DNA of 64,000 nt from an uncultured bacterium (GTDB lineage Bacteria; CAYJRR01). The position numbers and the translations under genes are program-made. The notes beneath the pieces are model-generated. The model was given only the letters and a program-made list of their open reading frames with translations. It was not told the DNA's origin and did no database searches. Positions 36,722-45,227 of this stretch are shown piece by piece (positions within the stretch are counted from its first letter, which is position 1; each line of letters starts with the position of its first letter). The stretch is from assembly GCA_964372275.1 (NCBI GenBank), contig CAYJRR010000002.1, positions 16,522 through 80,521 on the forward strand, given 5' to 3'.

Positions 36722-38196
36722 CGGCCGGCCCCCGTGGCGTCGGCGTGCTCCTCGAGGAAGGCCTCCGCCTCCTTCGTGTGGTCGGGATCTTCGCCCCTGT
36801 GGCGCTTGAGGTACTCCTTCGCCCGAGACTTCCGTTCGGCGAGGTTCGTCCCCTTCGCCCGCTTCGCGTAGCGGAACAGGTCGTAGCGGACCTTCTCCTT
36901 GTCGAAGTTCTGCTTGAGGCCCTGGATGAGGCGCTCGTACGCGGCATCGAAGTCGCCCTTCAGCGCGAGGAGCCCGACCTCGGTCTCGAACTCCTTCCAC
37001 TCCTCTGGCGAGTGTGCGGTCGCGGTGGCGGCGTCGACCGGGTCGGGCGCGCGGGGGCTGGTTTCGCGCACCGCCGGCGTCGGCGCCGGGCGCGGCCTAA
37101 AGGGCGGAGTGGGCGGCGCCACGGCCGTGACCGCGTCGCGCTCCACCCGCAAGGGGCCGGTCGACGCGGCGCCGTTCGCGCCGCCGACGACGGCCGGCGT
37201 GGCGCCGCCGGTCGCGGTCGCCGGGCCGCCGCCGGCCGCGACCGCCCCGGAATCGGGCGTCGGGACCGGTCCGCGCGGCGTGTCGATCGGACTCCGCGCG
37301 GCACGGGGTCCGTCGGTGCGCGTTCCCGTGCGATTCGCAACGAGCCAACCGACGAGGATCACCGCCGCGGCTGCGGCTGCGAGCAGAACGCGGTTCCTCG
37401 ACGGCGCGCGGGGCGCGGGCTCCGCCACCGGGAGGGTTCCGCCGGTGGGATTTGGCGCGAGCGGCGGCGGTCCGGGCAACCGAACCGTCTCGCGCAGGAT
37501 CGCCGTCTTGACCAGGGCCTCGTCGGGCGGCCGCGTCGCGGCGGCGAGGCGTCCGGTGAGCGGCGGTCGGACGATCGGCCGAGGTCCCGAGATTCGAAAT
37601 CCGAGGGCGCCGATGCCGATTGGACCTGTCCCGCTGCGTCCGATCCCGGCGATCGACGTACGCGGCGCGGGGAGTGGAACGGGCGGATTGACCTTGCGTT
37701 GCGTCACCTCGTCGCGAGGCTCTTCCGGCAGCGCCGGGGCGCGCATCGCGGCGCCCGGCGCGGAGTCGGCCGTGCTCGTGGACGCCGTCGCCGTGGAGGC
37801 GACGCCGACCGTCGCGGCGACGGCGGCGCCCGCCGACGGGGTGAGGGCGTCGCTCGCCCTCGGCGGGTCGGACGTCCCCGGCGACTTCGGCGTCTCGGCG
37901 TGGTCGGGCTCCGCCGGAACGACCCCGGCCTCCGAGCCCGGTTCGGCCGGTTTCGGGCGAAGGCGGCTGGCGGCCTCTTCGAGGCTTCCGCCGATGGGCA
38001 GCCCCTCGAACAGCTCCTCCATCTCCGCGGCCGCTCCGGTGATCGGCGCGCGGCCGATCATCTCCGCCATCCCCTGTGAAAGGTCGGTCTTGCACTTCGG
38101 GCAGCGGAAGATCGACTGCACTTCGAAACGCGTGACGTCTCGTTCGGAGACCTCGACGGCGGACTCGCAGCTGCGGCAGATGAGGGTACCGATCAA
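36718..38196 (-). CDS. Zinc-ribbon (CxxC..CxxC) - Pro-rich - TM - C-terminal helical domain protein
   Basis: 492-aa ORF with a TTG start. N-terminus ICRSCES..RCPKCKT, a long Pro/Ala-rich region, a single TM helix (VLLAAAAAAVILVGWLVA) and a conserved-looking helical C-terminus. Confidence 0.6.
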   Translation of the reverse strand: MIGTLICRSCESAVEVSERDVTRFEVQSIFRCPKCKTDLSQGMAEMIGRAPITGAAAEMEELFEGLPIGGSLEEAASRLRPKPAEPGSEAGVVPAEPDHAETPKSPGTSDPPRASDALTPSAGAAVAATVGVASTATASTSTADSAPGAAMRAPALPEEPRDEVTQRKVNPPVPLPAPRTSIAGIGRSGTGPIGIGALGFRISGPRPIVRPPLTGRLAAATRPPDEALVKTAILRETVRLPGPPPLAPNPTGGTLPVAEPAPRAPSRNRVLLAAAAAAVILVGWLVANRTGTRTDGPRAARSPIDTPRGPVPTPDSGAVAAGGGPATATGGATPAVVGGANGAASTGPLRVERDAVTAVAPPTPPFRPRPAPTPAVRETSPRAPDPVDAATATAHSPEEWKEFETEVGLLALKGDFDAAYERLIQGLKQNFDKEKVRYDLFRYAKRAKGTNLAERKSRAKEYLKRHRGEDPDHTKEAEAFLEEHADATGAGR

Positions 38197-38252
38197 CGAA
38201 GGGCCCGCTCGGACTTTCGAGTCTAACCGATCCGGAAAGGGCGGAACAAGCT

Positions 38253-39107
38253 ATGCTCCGGGCGAAAATGCCATCGGATCCGCAGCCATGGCCGCTTGCA
38301 CGCCCCGATCTCGACGGCTTCGAGATCGCCGGAACGCGCGACACGCCGTGCCTGCTCCTCCACGGATTCACCGCCGCGCCGACCGAGGTGCGGCCGCTGG
38401 CGATGGCTCTGTCGGCCGCAGGCTTTCCGGTCCGTGCATTGCGTCTGCCCGGGCACGGCACCGACGTGGAGGAGCTGGCGCGGACCGGTCGGGGGCGCTG
38501 GATCGACGCGATCGGATCGGCACTCGAGGCGCTGCCGCCGGGGATCGGCGCCTATCTCGTCGGCCAGTCGATGGGGGGGCTTCTCGCCTTGGCGGCGGCC
38601 GCGCGGTGGCCCGATCGCGTCGGCGCCGTCGTGACGCTCGCGGCCCCCCTTCGGTTCGCCGACCCCCGGGCGCGGGCGATCCTGCCGATCCTTCGCCACA
38701 CTCCGCTCGGGCGGCTGGTCCGGTTCCTCCCCAAGGCGCCATCGGCGATCCCGGAGGAACGGCGTCCGCTCCACTTCACCTACACTCGCTTCCCGGTCGC
38801 GGGGCTGCTGGAACTGCAGGATCTGATGCGCGACGTGGAGCGTCTGCTCCCGCGCGTGCGGGCGCCGCTCCTGGTCGTGCACGGCCGCCTCGACCGGACG
38901 GCGCCGTTCGCGTCGGCGCCGCGCATCCTCGCGCTCGCCGGAAGCGCGCGAAAAGAGATGGCCGAGTTCGCGCGGTCGCGGCACGTCTTGACGATGGACG
39001 TCGAGTCCGAGGCGGTCTGCGAGCGGATCGGGTCCTTCCTGTCCGGGCTTGCGGCCGGTCGCGCGCCGGGCGACGCGTTTCCGGGGGCGACGGCGGAGGG
39101 GGCGTGA
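38253..39107 (+). CDS. Alpha/beta-hydrolase (carboxylesterase/lipase-like)
   Basis: 284-aa ORF with LLLHGFT, the nucleophile elbow GQSMGG and a late VHGRLDRT..H pattern. Confidence 0.85.
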   Translation: MLRAKMPSDPQPWPLARPDLDGFEIAGTRDTPCLLLHGFTAAPTEVRPLAMALSAAGFPVRALRLPGHGTDVEELARTGRGRWIDAIGSALEALPPGIGAYLVGQSMGGLLALAAAARWPDRVGAVVTLAAPLRFADPRARAILPILRHTPLGRLVRFLPKAPSAIPEERRPLHFTYTRFPVAGLLELQDLMRDVERLLPRVRAPLLVVHGRLDRTAPFASAPRILALAGSARKEMAEFARSRHVLTMDVESEAVCERIGSFLSGLAAGRAPGDAFPGATAEGA

Positions 39108-39718
39108 AGACGAAGCGATACATCGCCGTGGCGGGGAACATGGGTTCCGGGAAGTCGAGCCTGGTGCGCTTCCTCTGCCAGCAGTTCGATCTCACCCCGT
39201 TTTTCGAGCCGAACGACCGCAATCCCTACCTCGACGACTTCTACAAGGAGATGCCGCGCTGGGCGTTCCAGTCGCAGATCTTCTTCCTCATCCATCGCTT
39301 CCGAATCCACAAGGAGATGGAAGGACGGCCGGAGACGGTGGTCCAGGACCGCACCATTTACGAGGACGCCGAGATCTTTGCGGAGTACCTGCATCGCCGG
39401 AAGGCGATCGACGCCCGCGACTACCGGACCTATCGCGAGCTGTACGACACGTTGACCCAGGAGCTCAAGGCCCCCGACCTGATGATCTACCTTCGCTGCA
39501 CCACCGCCAGCCTGATGAAGCGGATCAAGCGGCGCGGACGCAAGTCGGAGGAGGCGGTCCCGCGCGACTACGTCGACCGCCTGAACCACCTGTACGAGGA
39601 GTGGTTCGCGCGCTACGACCGTTCGCCGACGCTGGTGCTTCCGTCCGACCGCCTCGACTACATCGAGGACCTCTTCGATCGCGCCGACCTGCTGAAGGCG
39701 ATCGAGCGGCACCTGTAG
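39104..39718 (+). CDS. Deoxynucleoside kinase
   Basis: The GTG overlaps the hydrolase TGA (GTGA), in frame in track ORF 36899..39718. P-loop AVAGNMGSGKSS, plus FEPNDRNPYLDDFY, QDRTIYED and a RRGRKSE lid. Confidence 0.85.
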   Translation: MKTKRYIAVAGNMGSGKSSLVRFLCQQFDLTPFFEPNDRNPYLDDFYKEMPRWAFQSQIFFLIHRFRIHKEMEGRPETVVQDRTIYEDAEIFAEYLHRRKAIDARDYRTYRELYDTLTQELKAPDLMIYLRCTTASLMKRIKRRGRKSEEAVPRDYVDRLNHLYEEWFARYDRSPTLVLPSDRLDYIEDLFDRADLLKAIERHL

Positions 39719-39744
39719 ACGCGCGAAGCCGCGGCTCGAAGGAC

Positions 39745-41118
39745 TCAGAGCGCGTCGGTGGTGGTAACGACGCCGCTTACGCCGCCCAGTGCCCCGTCGG
39801 AGCTGCCGTTGTGCGTACCCGGCGTGCCGCCCTCCGTTGTGCGGCTCGCCGAGGGTGACGCAGGAGCATGGACCCGTCCGCCGCCGCCGCCGCCGCCCGG
39901 GCCACGCGAGGCGCCGTCGTCGACACTTCCGCCGTCGCCACCGACTGCGGCGATCGAGCCGGTGAAGCCGTTCGCGTCGGCGGCGTAGAGAGCGATCGTC
40001 CCGCCGGCCCCCCCGCCACCGCCGCCGTCGAGCGTTCCGTCCTCACCGTTGTTCCCCGAGGCCGAGATCGTTCCCGCTCCGGCGAGAAGACGGACAAACC
40101 CGAAGAAGATCCCCCCACCGGCACCTCCGGGACCGGCGCCGTTCTCGCCCCGCTGCCCGGCGCCCCCTCCGCCGCCCAACAGGAGGAGCGTCTGGCTCGA
40201 GTCGACGCGCTGGCCCGGGATTCCCGCGCCGTTCGCATCGCCGCCACCCGAACCGCCATCCCCGCCGTTTGCGCCGCCGGCGCCGCCCCAGTTGCAGGCG
40301 TTTCCGCCGCCGCCGGCATTCGCCCGGTTCCCCTTTCCCCCGATCCCGTACGAGGCGGCGTCGAGCCCCTCCCCCTTTCCGCCGCCGTTCCCGTTGGTAA
40401 GGGCGAAGTCGAGCGCGGTCATCGTTCCCGAACAGCCGTTGTTGGTGGCCAACTGTCCGCCGCGGAAACCTCGGCCGTCGGCGGAAACGTGTCCGCCGAC
40501 GTCCACCGAGAGATCGTCGCTCACCAGGAACGCCAGCACGCCGCCTTCGACGCCGTCCCACGGCGTCGGCCGGAGCCGGCCGGTCGAAGTCACGTGCACC
40601 GATCGGAACTGCGGCAGCTTGCAGACCTGCGCCGACCGGCGGCTGTCGGTGGCGTACGAAGACAGGAGGCTCGAGGCGAGCGTCGCCGACAACGGGGGGC
40701 CGGCCGTGAACGAGACCGACCAAGCGATCTCCCATCGCCCGCTCGCCCCTTCGTCGTAGTCGGCGAGGTCGCCGGAGACGGCCGGGACGTCATCGCGCAC
40801 CTGATGGAGGAGCAACGGTCCGGTCGGGAGGAACCCGGCCGCGGAGGTTCCGACGACCAGCGTCGTACCCGACGCCGACTGGAGGGTGTGGCAAGAGTCG
40901 AGCACGAGCTCGCCGGTCACGGTCAATGCGCCGTCGCTTCCGTCGCCGTAGGCGGGTGTAGGGGTTGTGCCGTCGTCGTCCCCGTCGTCGTCCGACCCCA
41001 AATGGGCGTCGGTCGAAAAGCGGCAGGCTCCGGCCGCGATCAGGACCGCCAGCAAGAGGTCGACACGCCGCCGCCGTCGAATGGGCGCCTCCACGGTCGA
41101 GACCGCATCCGACCCCAT
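39745..41118 (-). CDS. Glycine-rich lipoprotein (predicted beta-helical/repetitive)
   Basis: 457-aa ORF with lipobox LIAAGAC and an Asp-rich linker. The C-terminal half is dominated by GGxGG/NGG repeats (GGGNACNWGGAGGANGGDGGSGGGDANGAG..). Confidence 0.7.
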   Translation of the reverse strand: MGSDAVSTVEAPIRRRRRVDLLLAVLIAAGACRFSTDAHLGSDDDGDDDGTTPTPAYGDGSDGALTVTGELVLDSCHTLQSASGTTLVVGTSAAGFLPTGPLLLHQVRDDVPAVSGDLADYDEGASGRWEIAWSVSFTAGPPLSATLASSLLSSYATDSRRSAQVCKLPQFRSVHVTSTGRLRPTPWDGVEGGVLAFLVSDDLSVDVGGHVSADGRGFRGGQLATNNGCSGTMTALDFALTNGNGGGKGEGLDAASYGIGGKGNRANAGGGGNACNWGGAGGANGGDGGSGGGDANGAGIPGQRVDSSQTLLLLGGGGGAGQRGENGAGPGGAGGGIFFGFVRLLAGAGTISASGNNGEDGTLDGGGGGGAGGTIALYAADANGFTGSIAAVGGDGGSVDDGASRGPGGGGGGGRVHAPASPSASRTTEGGTPGTHNGSSDGALGGVSGVVTTTDAL

Positions 41119-41161
41119 GGTACACCCGCCGACGCGGGAAGGCGGGACCGCGCGCGGGCGG

Positions 41162-41197
41162 TGAAAAGGAGAAGGCCCGACCTGAAAGGCCGGGCCT
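41162..41197 (-). terminator. Candidate intrinsic terminator after the 41219..42280 gene
   Basis: Minus-strand hairpin AGGCCCG..CGGGCCT (7 bp) followed by CTTCTCCTTTTCAC, about 20 nt after the stop. Confidence 0.45.
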
Positions 41198-41218
41198 CCG
41201 TCCGATCGCGACGTTCGA

Positions 41219-42280
41219 CTACTGGCGCAGGGCCACGTAGTCCATCGCGAAGTCGTGATTGAACGAGCCGACCTGCAGGTGCCCGGCGAGGTTTCCGGTG
41301 ATCTTGTCGGTCATCCCGTCGGCATTGGTGTCGGACATCGCGCCGGTCCCGCTGAAGGTCAGCGGCGAGAGGTAGTTGTCGGCCAGCGCGTTGACGACGA
41401 TCGCGCCGTAGGTGCCGTAGTTCCCGAGGTCGAGGTCGAGGACCTCCTCCAGGATGAACAGCACCAGGTTCCCCATCTCGACGTCGAGCTGGTAGTTCTT
41501 GTAGTTCATCGTCGTCGAACCGGGCACCTCGCCGGTGAACCCGCCCGAGACCAGCTCGTAGGCGCCGACGTCCTGTCCCTCGACCGTCAGCCACTGGACC
41601 TCGCCCAGGAACGTCCCGTCGACCTGCTCGGTGATCGTCCACTGCGAGACGACGTCGAGGCTGGTGACGATGTCGTTCACCTCGGAGACGACGTTGCACA
41701 GCTCCGAGGCGTTCTGCAGAAGGCCGCAGACCGCCTGCAGGCCGAGGAGCACGTTGGTGATGTTGCTCGGCAGACCCATGTTCAGGTTCTGCTCGACGAG
41801 GTAGTTCCCATTGGTGTCGGCGACCCAGTTCTCGAGGGTCAGCTCCACCAGGGTCGTCTCCTCCGCGATCACGTTGATGCCGTCCTGGCAGGCCTCGGCG
41901 ACGCGGACGCCGTTCGACTTCTCGCCGTAGGCGACGACGACGTAGCGGGTCCCCTCCTCGACGTTGTCGAAGGAGACCGAGCCGCTGATCGGAAGCCCGG
42001 ACCGGGTGGCGACGATCCCCTGGGTCGGGACGAACGGAAGGTTTCCGCAGTTCTGCCCGCCGACGTTGCCGTCGAGGACGAAGACCTTCACCCGGTTCGG
42101 GGCTTCGGTCCCGGAGAAGGTGTAGCGGATGTCGACCGTCCCTTCGGTGCCCGGCTCCGGATCGGGATCGTCGTCGAAGTCGCGCGCGCCGGACGACGTG
42201 CTGGCGCCGCAGCCCAGCGTCGTGTTCAGCGCCATCGCGAGCCCAAGCGTTCCCAGAGTCCGGACGTTCCAGATCGACAT
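41219..42280 (-). CDS. Hypothetical lipoprotein
   Basis: 353-aa product starting MSIWNVRTLGTLGLAMALNTTLGC (lipobox), in frame in track ORF 41219..42685. No recognised family. Confidence 0.65.
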   Translation of the reverse strand: MSIWNVRTLGTLGLAMALNTTLGCGASTSSGARDFDDDPDPEPGTEGTVDIRYTFSGTEAPNRVKVFVLDGNVGGQNCGNLPFVPTQGIVATRSGLPISGSVSFDNVEEGTRYVVVAYGEKSNGVRVAEACQDGINVIAEETTLVELTLENWVADTNGNYLVEQNLNMGLPSNITNVLLGLQAVCGLLQNASELCNVVSEVNDIVTSLDVVSQWTITEQVDGTFLGEVQWLTVEGQDVGAYELVSGGFTGEVPGSTTMNYKNYQLDVEMGNLVLFILEEVLDLDLGNYGTYGAIVVNALADNYLSPLTFSGTGAMSDTNADGMTDKITGNLAGHLQVGSFNHDFAMDYVALRQ

Positions 42281-42539
42281 CGGGTCCCCCTTGCTGTTCG
42301 TGCGAACGAGAGGCTGCACAAAGCGAGAACCGTGCCGGGCTGGGGCGGGAAGTAGCCAGGCGTGGAGTTCCGAAACAAGCCCGCGCCCACGGAAACAGAA
42401 ACGGATATTCATTCTGAGGCGCGTACCCGATCGACACCGAAGGGGTGGGGGGAGCCCCCGTCCAAAATCGAGACAGTGTCCCATCGAGGTCCCAACTCCC
42501 CGGCCGCGGATCGAAGCTGCTACAGTGCCGGCCCCGCCG

Positions 42540-43607
42540 ATGGTCGGCGGGGATCCAACGAGGGCGACGGTGGCGAAGGTCAAGCTGACGAAGCTGGTGA
42601 AGAAGGCCGGCTGAGCGGCGAAGCTGGGCCCGGGGGGCCTGGACCAGTTGATGGCGTTCCTGCCTCGCGCGGGCGCCGATCCCAAGCTGATCGTCGGTCC
42701 CGAGACCCACGACGACGCCGGGGTCTATCGCCTGTCCGAGACGCTCGCGCTCGTCCAGACGCTCGACGTCATCACGCCGATCGTCGACGACCCGCACCGC
42801 TTCGGCCGCGTCGCCGCGGCGAACAGCCTTTCCGACGTCTGGGCGATGGGGGGGACCCCCATCACCGCGATGAACATCGCCTGCTATCCGGTCGAAACGC
42901 TGGGGCCCGAGGAGATGGGGGCGATCCTGGCGGGGGCGGCCGGGATCTGCGCCGACGCCGGGACCGCCGTCGTCGGCGGCCATACCGTCGAGGACGACAC
43001 CCTCAAGTTCGGATTGTCGGTGACTGGAACGGTCGACCCGCAGCGGACGATCGAGAACCGCCTCGCCCGGCCGGGGGACGCGCTGGTGCTGACCAAGGCG
43101 ATCGGCACCGGGATCGTCACCACCGCGCTCAAGAAGGGGACGGTGCGCGACGGCTCGCCCGAGGTCGAGGCGGCCATCGCCTCGATGGAGACGCTGAACC
43201 GCGCCGCCGGGGAGGCGGCGGTGGCGGCGGGGGTCCGCGCCGGCACCGACGTCACCGGCTTCGGACTGATCGGGCACGCGCTCAACATCGCGCGCGGGTC
43301 GGACGTCTCGATCGAGATCGACGGCGGCGCCGTGCCGCTGCTCCCCGGGACGCGCACGCTCGCGGCCAAGGGGATCTGCACCGGCGGCGCGCGCTCCAAC
43401 GCCAAGCACTACGGCGGCGAGGTCGACGTGCCGGCATCGCTTGCCGACGTCGTCTACGACCCGCAGACCTCCGGCGGACTGCTGCTGGCGATCGCGGAGT
43501 CGAAGGTCGAGGGGTTGCTCGCCGAGCTCACCCGGCGCGGCGTCGAGACGCGCGCGGTGATCGGGCGCGTGGTCGCGCGAAGAGAACGGAGGATCGTGGT
43601 CCGATGA
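42540..43607 (+). CDS. selD: Selenide, water dikinase (selenophosphate synthetase), Sec-containing (TGA 42612-42614 read as U)
   Basis: Track ORFs 42129..42614 and 42648..43607 are in the same frame and are separated only by the TGA. Read-through gives VAKVKLTKLVKKAG-U-AAKLGPGGLDQL.., the SelD N-terminal loop. The rest is an AIR-synthase-like fold (DDAGVY, SDVWAMGG, TDVTGFGL). The start could be the ATG at 42540 or the GTG at 42570. Confidence 0.85.
42612..42647 (+). promoter_or_regulatory. Sec codon plus candidate SECIS stem-loop
   Basis: TGA at 42612-42614. The stem-loop CUGGGCC-CGGGG-GGCCUGG (42624-42642; alternative CUGG..CCAG closing to 42647) begins 10 nt downstream. Confidence 0.55.
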
Positions 43608-45211
43608 TCGACCGGGTGAAGGTGCAGCGGGCGCTGGTGAGCCTCTCCGACAAGAGCGGCGCCGCCGATCTCTGCCGGGCGCTGACCGCGGCCGGCGTCG
43701 AGATCGTCTCCAGCGGCGGGACCGCGGAGCACCTTCGCAAGGCGGGGGTCCCGGTCGTGGAGCTGGGGACCTTCACCGGATTCCCAGAAATGCTCGACGG
43801 GCGGGTGAAGACGCTGCATCCGGCGGTGCACGCCGGGCTGCTGGCGCGCCGTGACCTGCCGGAGCACCTCGCCACGCTCGACAGGCACGGCCTCAAGGCG
43901 ATCGACCTGGTGGTCGTGAACCTCTACCCGTTCGAGGGGACCGTCGCCCGGCCCGACCACACCTTCGAGCAGGCGATCGAAAACATCGACATCGGCGGAC
44001 CGGCGATGCTGCGCTCGGCGGCCAAGAACTGGGAGGCGGTCGGGGTGGTGACCGATCCCGCCGACTACGGGCGGGTGGTGGAGGAGATCCGCGGCGGTGG
44101 ATTGACCCGCGCCTTCCGCTTCGAGCTGATGCGCCGCTGCTTCGACCGCGTCGCCGCCTACGACGACGCGATCTCGACCTACCTTTCGTCCGTTCCGCCG
44201 GAGGCGGCCGGGCGCCCGGAGGCGACGCCGGCGCGCGCCCCCTTCCCGGAGACGCTCAACGTGCAGATGCGCCGTGCCCAGGACCTGCGCTACGGCGAGA
44301 ACCCGCACCAGCAGGCGACCTTCTACGTCGAGACGGCGCGCGAGGCGGTCGGCGTCCCGTCGATGCACCAGCACCAGGGGAAGGAGCTCAGCTACAACAA
44401 CATCCTCGACTTCGACGCCGGCTTACGCCTGGCGTCCGAGTTCGATCCGGCGGACGGACACGTCTGCGTGATCGTGAAGCACAACAACCCCTGCGGCGTC
44501 GCGCGGGCGGCCTCGGCCGAGGCGGCGTTCCGCGCGGCGCTGGCCTGCGATCCGGTCTCGGCCTTCGGCGGGGTGATCGCCTTCAACGGCGCGGTCGACG
44601 CGGCGGCGACGGCGGCGATCGCCGAGCAGTTCTACGAGGGGGTGGCGGCGCCGTCGTTCGCCAACGGGGCGCGGGCCGTTCTCGAGAAGAAGAAGAACCT
44701 CCGCGTGCTCACGGTCCAATCGATGCCGACGGCGGAGCGCCACCGCGGTGTCGACCTGCGGCGCGTCGTCGGCGGGATGCTGGCGCAGACCTGGGACCTC
44801 TCCGCCGAGGATCTCGCGAAGGCCAAGGTGGTCACGAAGCGGGCCCCGGCCCCGGACGAGCTCGCCGAGCTCGCCTTCGGATGGCGCATCGCCAAGCACG
44901 TCAAGTCGAACGCCATCGTCCTGACCCGCGACCGGCGGCTGGTCGGCGTCGGCGCCGGACAGATGAGCCGCGTCGATTCGATGGAGGTGGCGATCCGAAA
45001 GGCGACCGCCGCCGGACACGCGCTCGCGGGGGCCGCGCTCGCCTCCGACGCCTTCTTCCCCTTCCGCGACGGGATCGACGCCGCGGCCCGCGCCGGGATC
45101 CGCGCCATTGCTCAACCCGGCGGCTCGATCCGCGACGAGGAGTGCGTCCGGGCCGCGGACGAAGCGGGGATCGCGATGCTGTTCACCGAGATCCGGCATT
45201 TCCGGCACTGA
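43604..45211 (+). CDS. purH: Bifunctional AICAR transformylase / IMP cyclohydrolase
   Basis: The ATG overlaps the selD TGA (ATGA), in frame in track ORF 42362..45211. Motifs: ALVSLSDKSG..GGTA..LDGRVKTLHP ... AIAQPGGSIRD..MLFTEIRHFRH. Confidence 0.95.
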   Translation: MIDRVKVQRALVSLSDKSGAADLCRALTAAGVEIVSSGGTAEHLRKAGVPVVELGTFTGFPEMLDGRVKTLHPAVHAGLLARRDLPEHLATLDRHGLKAIDLVVVNLYPFEGTVARPDHTFEQAIENIDIGGPAMLRSAAKNWEAVGVVTDPADYGRVVEEIRGGGLTRAFRFELMRRCFDRVAAYDDAISTYLSSVPPEAAGRPEATPARAPFPETLNVQMRRAQDLRYGENPHQQATFYVETAREAVGVPSMHQHQGKELSYNNILDFDAGLRLASEFDPADGHVCVIVKHNNPCGVARAASAEAAFRAALACDPVSAFGGVIAFNGAVDAAATAAIAEQFYEGVAAPSFANGARAVLEKKKNLRVLTVQSMPTAERHRGVDLRRVVGGMLAQTWDLSAEDLAKAKVVTKRAPAPDELAELAFGWRIAKHVKSNAIVLTRDRRLVGVGAGQMSRVDSMEVAIRKATAAGHALAGAALASDAFFPFRDGIDAAARAGIRAIAQPGGSIRDEECVRAADEAGIAMLFTEIRHFRH

Positions 45212-45227
45212 TCGCGCGGCGGTGGGA

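Noticed and set aside
39868-41262. 464-aa plus-strand ORF and other ORFs overlapping the glycine-rich gene
   Set aside because: They are shadows of the GGN-repeat coding strand. The minus-strand frame has a lipoprotein signal and a non-repetitive N-terminal domain.
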